This document shows, in pieces, positions 16,461 to 24,800 of a stretch of 32,000 nt of DNA; position 1 is the first letter of the stretch; each line of letters opens with the position of its first letter. The translations under genes were made by a program, and so were the position numbers. This DNA comes from Acaryochloris marina MBIC11017 (GTDB lineage: Bacteria; Cyanobacteriota; Cyanobacteriia; Thermosynechococcales; Thermosynechococcaceae), in NCBI RefSeq assembly GCF_000018105.1, contig NC_009926.1:180001-212000 (forward strand), in the 5' to 3' direction. The notes beneath the pieces are model-generated. The model was not told the DNA's origin. It saw only the letters and a program-made list of their open reading frames with translations, and did not search any database.

Positions 16461-16502
16461 AAAAGCCAAGCGTCTGTCCCCTATGATTTGCAAAGAAGTA
16501 TT

Positions 16503-16517
16503 TGAGAATTATTCTTA
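16503..16517. promoter_or_regulatory. Fur-box-like 7-1-7 dyad upstream of the NRPS-PKS operon
   Basis: TGAGAATTATTCTTA is identical to the reverse complement of 530..544, and the flanks are also similar (TGAGAATTATTCTTAYTTRC). It lies 138 nt upstream of ATG 16655. Confidence 0.45.
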
Positions 16518-16654
16518 TTTGCTTTGCTGCCACCGAAAAGATGTGAGGAAGTTGCTCTATTCGCTACAGGGTTAGCAATGGGCAACGCTCCTCATTGCTA
16601 GCTCCTTTTGAACCACATGATGTTCATCCCGCTGCTCTACGTTGGAGTCGTCGT

Positions 16655-18205
16655 ATGACGAATCAAGCCGTTGGTATCCGTTCCCTTGCCGTAAAGTTTC
16701 CGAGTGTAATTCACACTCCAGAAGCTTGGGGTGAGGCATTTCCTGAGTTGGCAGCTCAGGCCCAGGCAAGAGTCCGGTTGCCGAGAAAACCTCAACCTGG
16801 CATTGATCAGGATGCGGAATCGGACTTGGCGACTTGGTCACAGGAAGTTGCACCTTATCTCAGCGATCCGTTTCGCGGCAATGTCGAGCGACGCAGGTTG
16901 GCAGTGCAGGAGTCGCCGCGAGCGATCGAATGTCAGGCTGCTCAGGATGCCATAGCGGCGGCAGGTCTTCAGCCTGATGATATTGAGTTGATGATTGCCA
17001 GTACGCTCTTTTCAGAATCGATGGGCATAGGTAATGCCCCAGCTTTGGCTCAGCAATTGGGGTTGCGCTGTCCTGCCTGGACGCTGGAATCGACCTGCTC
17101 CAGTGCATTGGTCGCCCTGCAAACGGTGCGATCGCTAGTGCAGGCTGGCGAGTATCGCACTGTGCTCGTCATCGTTTCCCACTTTGGATCGCGAGTTGTA
17201 GATCCGGCTGATACTCTGTCGTGGGCGATGGGAGATGGTGCAGGGTCGTTCATCGTTACGGCACAGCCCGATCAGCAGGGGGTTCTCGCGACTCATGTGA
17301 TGAGTACCACTGACACCTGTGGCGCATATGCCTACGAATTTGTAACCAACGATCAGGGAATGCCCCAACTGCGAATGCGTACTGGCGAGAGTGCGGGGGC
17401 GATCGCTGAAACAGCCGTTGCCAGTGTCCGCACTTGCTGCGAAAGTGCTGCGGCAAAAGCAGGGATTAGTCTGGATCAAATTAGCCTGTTTGCGTTCAAC
17501 ACGCCGACGGCTTGGTATGCCAGCGTCTGCACCCGCGCCTTAGCCATCCCGCCGGAACGAGTGATGAATCTCTATCCGCGTTACGCCAATATTGGCCCGG
17601 TGCTGGCAGTGGCCAATCTGTATCATGCGGCTGAGTCCGGTCGGTTATACCAAGATGATTTGGTGCTGGTCTACACCCACGGGGCTGGTGCAACAGCCGC
17701 GGCAACAGTAATGCGTTGGGGCGAGGTGGCGCTGGGGCCAAAACCCACTGCCCCCAGCCGCGTTACGCCAGAGCAGGAAACAGTGCGACTGGCTTCATCG
17801 TTAACGTCTCTGCCCGTTACCGCATCAGACATGGAAACGGTGGCACCCATACTTACGTTGTCTAGGGCGATGGTGCAGGCGGCGGTGTCAAAAGACCGAC
17901 TGCAACTGGTAGAAACCTATCTGCTGGACTGGATCAGGCGATCTCTCCCGGCTCTGGCACCATCGCTCAGCCCTGATCAGCCATTGGCGACAGTGTTGGA
18001 TTCGCTGATGGGGCTCACGTTCAAAAGCCAGATTGAAGTGGATCTTCAGGTGCGAGTGCCAATGGAGCAGTTCTTCGGCGAACACACGATCGCCCACCTC
18101 GCAGAATACATCTTAAATCAGCTAGAACTGTCGGTCTTACGGGCGTTGCCGTCTGATCCTCACGCTGAGACCTGTGCTGACAGCCGAGAAACCTTACGTT
18201 TGTGA
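16655..18205 (+). CDS. KASIII (FabH)-like enzyme fused to a C-terminal carrier-protein domain (putative starter/loading protein)
   Basis: Thiolase-fold motifs: LESTCSSALVAL (Cys148, nt 17096..17098), FAFNTPTAW where FabH has PHQAN, and RYANIGPV (Asn). The C-terminal ~90 aa have a phosphopantetheine site: LATVLDSLMGLTFKSQIEVDL (Ser at 18002..18004). The start was taken at ATG 16655 rather than the track TTG at 16595. Confidence 0.8.
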   Translation: MTNQAVGIRSLAVKFPSVIHTPEAWGEAFPELAAQAQARVRLPRKPQPGIDQDAESDLATWSQEVAPYLSDPFRGNVERRRLAVQESPRAIECQAAQDAIAAAGLQPDDIELMIASTLFSESMGIGNAPALAQQLGLRCPAWTLESTCSSALVALQTVRSLVQAGEYRTVLVIVSHFGSRVVDPADTLSWAMGDGAGSFIVTAQPDQQGVLATHVMSTTDTCGAYAYEFVTNDQGMPQLRMRTGESAGAIAETAVASVRTCCESAAAKAGISLDQISLFAFNTPTAWYASVCTRALAIPPERVMNLYPRYANIGPVLAVANLYHAAESGRLYQDDLVLVYTHGAGATAAATVMRWGEVALGPKPTAPSRVTPEQETVRLASSLTSLPVTASDMETVAPILTLSRAMVQAAVSKDRLQLVETYLLDWIRRSLPALAPSLSPDQPLATVLDSLMGLTFKSQIEVDLQVRVPMEQFFGEHTIAHLAEYILNQLELSVLRALPSDPHAETCADSRETLRL

Positions 18206-18212
18206 TTGTGAT

Positions 18213-21200
18213 ATGGAGCTACATTCGCTACTCACCACACTTTCAAAGCAAGGCATCAAGCTTTCAACTTGTGAAGGTTTGCTGGAAGTCGATGCGCCGC
18301 AAGGAGTGATGACTTCAGACTTGCGTCATGCCTTGAGTCAGCATAAGGCTGAGATTGTACGGTTGCTCAATCAACTGCCGGCGGCGGGGGAGGTAAATGG
18401 CTCTGCGACAGAACTGCCGACGTTGGTGTCTGATCCCAGCCAGCGCTATGCACCCTTTCCCCTGACCGACATGCAGTACGCCTTTTGGGTCGGTCGTAGC
18501 GGGGTGCTGGAACTGGGAACGGTAGCAAATCACGGTTATTACGAGATCGATGGACAAAACATAGAGCTAGAGCGGCTGAATCAGGCACTGCAAATTCTGA
18601 TCGATCGCCATGATATGCTGCGAGCGATTATTCTGCCGGATGGACGGCAACAGGTGCTGGAAACGCTGCCGCCCTACCAGATGCCCCTGGTTGACCTGCG
18701 GGGCCAGAGCGATGATGCGGTTCACAGCGCCTTAGCAGAAATTCGCGATCGCTTGTCCCATCAGGTTGTGCCCGCTGACCAGTGGCCGCTGTTTGAGTTT
18801 TCCGCCACGCAGTTGGATGGGGGACGGGTGCGGCTGCATATTAGCTACGATTTGCAGGTGTTTGATGCCTGGAGTCTGTTTCGACTGTTTGATGAATGGG
18901 TGCAACTCTACAAAACGCCGGATGTACCATTGCCACCGCTGGAGCTGACCTTTCGGGACTATGTGCTGGCCGAGCAGGCGTTACAGAAAACGGAGCTGTA
19001 TCTGAGATCGCAAACCTACTGGCTAAATCGGCTCGACAGCCTGCCTCCTGCCCCCGACCTGCCGTTAGCTCGACATCCCAAGGAGCTGAAGCAGCATCGT
19101 GCCCATCGCCATGAAGATCACCTCCAGCGCAGCGACTGGCAGCAGCTCAAACAGCGGGCAATGCAGGCTGGGATCACTCCATCCGGGCTGTTGCTAGCTG
19201 CCTTTGCTGATGTCATCTCTCTGTGGAGTCAGAGTCCTCGGTTCACGATTAATCTGGCCCTATTTAATCGCTTACCTCTGCATCCCCAGGTGAACGATCT
19301 GCTGGGAGACTTTACGTCAGTCACGCTTCTGGCGGTTGATCAGTCTGTCCCTGCTTCCTTTACCGAGCGAGCCGCGCGGCTACAGCAGCAGCTCTGGCAA
19401 GACTTAGAACACCGCTACTTCAGTGGAGTGCGAGTGGTACGAGAGTTGGCGCGACGACGGGGGACAGCCCCCAGCGTTATGCCGATTATCTTCACCAGCA
19501 CCCTGGGCTTTCGCTCCTTGGGACAGGAAACCCTCACCTTCAGCCACTTTGGTGAGCGGGTTTATGGCATCAGTCAGGCATCACAAGCCTGGATGGATAT
19601 GCAGGTCTGGGAAGAGAACGAAGAACTGACCTTTAATTGGGATGTGGTGGATGGCCTGTTTCCAGACGGGCTGATTGACGATATGTTTTCCGCATATGGA
19701 CGATGGCTGCGGCACCTGGCTCGCTCAGCATCTAGTTGGACAGAATCGGGGCAACCATTGAAGCGATCCTCCTACGGAGGGGTTTCACGAACGCTCCTAC
19801 CTCCGGACCAACAAACGCAGCGAGCGTTGATGAACGCAACTGATGCTCCCATTTCAGACGCGCTGCTGCACGAACTCTTCGCGACTCAGGTACGCCTGCG
19901 ACCCCAGGCTCCGGCAGTAATTACCTTGCAGCAGACGCTGACCTATCAGGATCTCTTCGCCCGCGCCAATCAGCTTGAATATCACTTGCGTCAGATGGGG
20001 GTGACTCCTAATCAACTGGTAGCAATCGCAATGGACAAGGGTTGGGAGCAGGTGGTAGCTGTCATGGGTGTGCTGATGGCTGGAGCTGCCTACGTTCCCC
20101 TCGATCCGCACTTACCACAGAGCCGATTGGAGGCTCTTTTGGACAACAGCGAGGCGGCCATCGTCCTCACCCAAACTCGCTGGCTAGAACAGCAAGTTTG
20201 GCCGGATAGGGTTCACTGCCTATGTGTCGATGATTGGAGCCGTGACGGTTCTGATTTTGGATTTTCGATCTTAGATTTTCGATCTAAATCAGATGGTGTT
20301 GATGTTAATTTTGATTTGGCGCAGGTAGATCAATCAAAGCAATCGGAGCACCTGGAACCGCTGTCCTCAGTGCAAACGGCTGATGATCTGGCCTATGTGA
20401 TTTATACCTCTGGATCGACGGGCACGCCCAAAGGGGTGATGATCAGCCATCGTAATGTGGTCAACGTGATCACCCATACTAATCAGCGTTTTCAGGTGGG
20501 GGAACAGGATCGGATGCTGGCGCTGACCGCACTCAACCATGACCTGTCGGTTTACGACATCTTTGGTCTGCTCAGTGCTGGGGGGGCGATTGTGATGCCG
20601 GATGTCGAAGCGGTGAAAGATCCGAGCCACTGGCTAACCCTGATGGCTCGCGAACGGGTGACGCTGTGGAACTCGGTGCCTGCCTTTATGGAGATGCTGA
20701 TCGATGAGGCCGAAGCCCAGGCAATCAATCCCCTAGATTCTCTACGGTTGACGATTTTAGGGGGAGATTGGTTACCGTTGTCGCTGCCAGATCGGCTGCG
20801 GGCGATCGCTCCCAATACCCAAATTTTCAGCATTGGCGGGCCGACAGAGACAACCATTTGGAATATTGGCTATCTGATCGATACCGTTGATCCCAACTGG
20901 GCGAGCATCCCGTATGGACAGCCGTTAGCGAATTCCAAGTACTATATCTTGAACGAAATCCTAGAGGACTGCCCGATCTGGGTGCCAGGGCAGATGTATT
21001 GCGCTGGGGTGCAGCTTGCCAAGGGTTACTGGCGGGATAAGGAAAAGACAAATCACCAATTTATCACGCATCCGTATACTGGCGAACGGCTTTACGCCAC
21101 AGGGGATTTAGGCCGCTATCGCCCCAATGGCACCATAGAAATCTTGGGTCGTATTGATTTCCAAATTAAGCTGCGGGGGCTGCGAATCGAAGCGGGTGAA

Positions 21201-21824
21201 GTTGAAGCCGCACTGCTCCAGCATCCAGCCGTGCAAGCGGCAGTGGTAGGCGGCATCGGCGATCACCATCCAGAACGGCTAGTGGCCTATGTGGTGCCCC
21301 AGTCCACCGCTCCCTCGCTGGAGGAACTGCGGGATTTTCTGGCTCAGAAGCTCCCCTCTCACATGGTGCCCTCGGCGTTTGTCTTCCTAGAGACACTGCC
21401 GCTGTCTGCCAATGGCAAAGTCGATCGTAAAGCCCTACAAGCGCAAGCGATCTCCGTTCAGTCTGTAAATACGGCCTATGTAGCTCCGCAAAATCAATTG
21501 GAAACCGCGATCTCAACTATTTTTCAAACCATTCTAGACATCCCAAACGTGGGGATTCACGACAATTTCTTTGACCTGGGGGGCAATTCGTTGCTGCTAG
21601 CCAAGGTGTATCGGGCCCTGGTGGAGGAGTTGCCTGAAGAAACGCGGTCGATTTCGCTGATTGATCTATTCCGCTATTCCTCTGTGCAGGCGATCGCTCA
21701 GCGGCTGAGCCAGACAACGCCTGACCTTGAACTAGAAAGCCAGATGGTGTCCAGAAATCAACAGTTAGCACAGGGGAAAAATCGTCTAAAAACCCGCTTG
21801 GAAAAGTCAAGAAATCTCCGGTAG
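18213..21824 (+). CDS. NRPS module: TubC-type N-terminal docking - Cy (heterocyclization) - A (Cys-like) - PCP
   Basis: Dock LLTTLSKQGIKLSTCEGLLEVDAP...HKAEIVRLL. Cy: FPLTDMQYAFWVGR, with DLQVFD (DxxxxD) in place of HHxxxDG. A: LAYVIYTSGSTGTPKG, HDLSVYD, WNSVPA, GGPTETTIW, YATGDLGRY, KLRGLRIE. PCP: FFDLGGNSLL. Start at ATG 18213, 7 nt after the upstream stop. Confidence 0.9.
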   Translation: MELHSLLTTLSKQGIKLSTCEGLLEVDAPQGVMTSDLRHALSQHKAEIVRLLNQLPAAGEVNGSATELPTLVSDPSQRYAPFPLTDMQYAFWVGRSGVLELGTVANHGYYEIDGQNIELERLNQALQILIDRHDMLRAIILPDGRQQVLETLPPYQMPLVDLRGQSDDAVHSALAEIRDRLSHQVVPADQWPLFEFSATQLDGGRVRLHISYDLQVFDAWSLFRLFDEWVQLYKTPDVPLPPLELTFRDYVLAEQALQKTELYLRSQTYWLNRLDSLPPAPDLPLARHPKELKQHRAHRHEDHLQRSDWQQLKQRAMQAGITPSGLLLAAFADVISLWSQSPRFTINLALFNRLPLHPQVNDLLGDFTSVTLLAVDQSVPASFTERAARLQQQLWQDLEHRYFSGVRVVRELARRRGTAPSVMPIIFTSTLGFRSLGQETLTFSHFGERVYGISQASQAWMDMQVWEENEELTFNWDVVDGLFPDGLIDDMFSAYGRWLRHLARSASSWTESGQPLKRSSYGGVSRTLLPPDQQTQRALMNATDAPISDALLHELFATQVRLRPQAPAVITLQQTLTYQDLFARANQLEYHLRQMGVTPNQLVAIAMDKGWEQVVAVMGVLMAGAAYVPLDPHLPQSRLEALLDNSEAAIVLTQTRWLEQQVWPDRVHCLCVDDWSRDGSDFGFSILDFRSKSDGVDVNFDLAQVDQSKQSEHLEPLSSVQTADDLAYVIYTSGSTGTPKGVMISHRNVVNVITHTNQRFQVGEQDRMLALTALNHDLSVYDIFGLLSAGGAIVMPDVEAVKDPSHWLTLMARERVTLWNSVPAFMEMLIDEAEAQAINPLDSLRLTILGGDWLPLSLPDRLRAIAPNTQIFSIGGPTETTIWNIGYLIDTVDPNWASIPYGQPLANSKYYILNEILEDCPIWVPGQMYCAGVQLAKGYWRDKEKTNHQFITHPYTGERLYATGDLGRYRPNGTIEILGRIDFQIKLRGLRIEAGEVEAALLQHPAVQAAVVGGIGDHHPERLVAYVVPQSTAPSLEELRDFLAQKLPSHMVPSAFVFLETLPLSANGKVDRKALQAQAISVQSVNTAYVAPQNQLETAISTIFQTILDIPNVGIHDNFFDLGGNSLLLAKVYRALVEELPEETRSISLIDLFRYSSVQAIAQRLSQTTPDLELESQMVSRNQQLAQGKNRLKTRLEKSRNLR

Positions 21825-21841
21825 AGGTTAGCTAAACGGCA

Positions 21842-24800
21842 ATGAATGTGCATCGCAACGGCTTAGAAATTGCAATTATTGGACTGTCTGGACAGTTTCC
21901 AGGTAGCCCAACTCTGGATCAATTTTGGCAAAACTTAAAGGCGGGCGTTGAGTCAATTTCTGTCTTTTCTGATGCCGATTCTCAACTCGCTTCGGCTCCA
22001 TCCAGTGCCACTCAAACCGCAGTCAAAGCGGGCGGCATTCTCACCGATATTGAGTATTTTGATGCCCCCTTCTTTGGTATTAATCCGCGCGAAGCCGAAA
22101 CGATGGATCCGCAGCATCGGCTGTTTCTGGAATGTGCTTGGCAGGCATTAGAACAGGCTGGCTATGCTCCTGGGAGGGGGAACGATGCGGTCGGCGTTTT
22201 TGCCGGAGTGGGCATGGGCACCTATTTGCTCTACAACCTCAGTCCCCATCCAGAGGTGATGGCCTCCCGTGGCTTTTTGCAAACCTTAGTCGGCGTGGAT
22301 AAGGATTATCTATCCACACGCGTCTCCTACAAGCTTAACCTTAGAGGCCCCAGCATCAGTGTGGGTACGGCTTGTTCCAGTTCGCTGGTCGCTGTTCACT
22401 TGGCTTGTCAGAGCTTGCTCAGCGGCGAATGTGATATGGCGATTGCAGCCGGGGTTGCCGTGAAGGTGCCGCAAATGAATCTCACCCTGTCGCCGGACGA
22501 AATTGCTTCTACCGATGGGCAGTGTCATGCCTTTGATGCCAGGGCCAACGGAACTGTTGGGGGTAACGGTCTGGGGGCCGTGGTGTTGAAGCGATTGGAG
22601 GATGCGATCACAGATCGGGATACGATCTACGCGGTGATCAAAGGCTCGGCCATCAACAACGATGGGGGGATGAAGGCGGGCTATACCGCTCCTAGCCAGG
22701 CCGGACAGACCCAGGTGATTCGGGCGGCGCAGGCAATGGCAGAGGTGGAGCCGGACAGCATTACCTACATGGAAGCCCACGGTACGGGCACGCCTTTGGG
22801 CGACCCGATTGAGATTGCGGCGATGACCGAGGCGTTTCGAGCCAGTACGAACAAAGTCGGTTACTGTGCCGTGGGATCGGTCAAAACCAATGTCGGCCAC
22901 CTGGATGCGGCAGCGGGAATTGCTGGCTTGATCAAAACCACGCTGGCACTGCATCATCGGCTTTTACCGGCCAGCCTCAACTTCGATACGCCCAATCCAG
23001 ATATTGATTTTGCCAACAGTCCATTTTATATCAATACAGGGCTAAAGGAGTGGGTGGCCAACGGTACGCCTCGACGAGCGGGATTGAGTTCCTTTGGCTT
23101 TGGCGGCACCAATGTGCATCTGGTGCTGGAAGAAGCCCCTGCCCCGGCACCGTCGAGTCTGTCTAGACCCCAGCAACTGCTGCTGCTGTCTGCCAAAACT
23201 CGCTCTGCCCTTGATACGGCCACAGCTAATCTGGTTCAGCACTTGCATCTGCCAGATATCAATCTGGCAGATGTCGCCTATACGCTACAGGTTGGACGCA
23301 GCACCTTTGCCCATCGCCGTATAGTGGTCTGTGCCACGGGGGCAGAAGCGATTGCTGCTCTAGTAGACAAGGCAGACTGCCAAGCTCCCCAATCGGAATA
23401 CGGATTGACGGACAGCGACACCTCTCAACGGCCTGTCGTGTTTATGTTTACCGGACAGGGTGCCCAATACGTGAACATGGCACGAGAGCTGTATGATACC
23501 GAGCCGCTGTTTCGTCAGACTTGCGATCGCTGTTTCACGATCCTTGAACCGCACCTGGGCTTTGATTTGCGCTCGGTGCTGTATCCCGATGCAGCCAGTC
23601 CCGAATTTGACATCGACCAGGCCACGCAGCAGTTGCGCCAGACAGCAATCGCCCAACCTGCTCTATTTGTGATTGAGTATGCCTTGGCGCAGCTCTGGAT
23701 GTCATGGGGAATTCGACCGACAGCGATGATCGGTCACAGTATCGGCGAATATGTGGCAGCCTGTTTGGCAGGTGTCTTTTCCCTGGAGGAGGCTTTACCG
23801 CTGGTGGTGAGGCGGGGTCAGTTGATGCAGCAGTTGCCGGGAGGAGCAATGCTCTCGGTTAACCTGTCTGTGGACGAAGTAGCGTCACTGCTAGATGAGA
23901 TAGATAAGACAATCTCAATCGCGGCCAGTAATAGCCCTAGCTTAACGGTGGTATCTGGCTCCAATGCAGCAATTGCTGCATTGGAGCAGTGGTTAACCCA
24001 GCAGCAGATTGGCTGTCAGCCACTGCACACCTCCCATGCCTTTCACTCCAGCGCCATGGATGAGATCGCAACTCCCTTCGCCCAGGCGATCGGCCAAATT
24101 CAGCTCCATCCTCCCCAGATGCCGCTAATCTCTAACGTGACGGGCACCTGGATGACCGCCGCCGAGGCCACCGATCCGCAATACTGGGTGCACCATCTGC
24201 GCCAGACCGTGCGTTTTGCTGAGGGCATCGCCGAGCTATTGCAGGATAGTCATCACCTATTTTTAGAAGTGGGGCCAGGCCGCACGTTGAACACCCTGAC
24301 TCGGCAGCAAGCGACCGATCGGGCGGTGCTGTCATCCCTGCACCATCCCAAGGATCACGCCTCCGATGTCGCCTTCTTGCTGCAAACACTGGGGCGGCTC
24401 TGGCTGGCTGGGGTGACGGTCAACTGGCCAGGCTTCTATGCCCACGAACAGCGCGATCGCCTACCTCTACCCACTTATCCATTTGAGCGACAGCGCTACT
24501 GGATTGATCCACCCAAGACCCTCCCCAGTAAGGCGTCTCTCAGTCAGGCGGTTCCACTGCGACAGAATTCCAGTCAAGCCAATGATCTCGCCGACTGGTT
24601 TCATGTACCCTCTTGGCAGCGTTCGTCTCGATTATCCACACCTATTCGGTCAAGCTCATCCGCCAACATACTAATCTTCCTTGATCAGGCAGGTGTAGGA
24701 GAAGTACTAGTGGAACGGCTGCAACAGCAAGGACATCGCGTGGCAACCGTGGACATTGGCTCAGAATTTGCCCAGCTTAGCGACACCAAATTTTGTCTCA

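Noticed and set aside
20253-20287. Tandem 14-nt repeats, and the 21-nt repeats at 16422..16460, considered as a mini CRISPR array
   Set aside because: There are only two units each, with no repeat-spacer architecture and units too short. One set lies inside a coding region.
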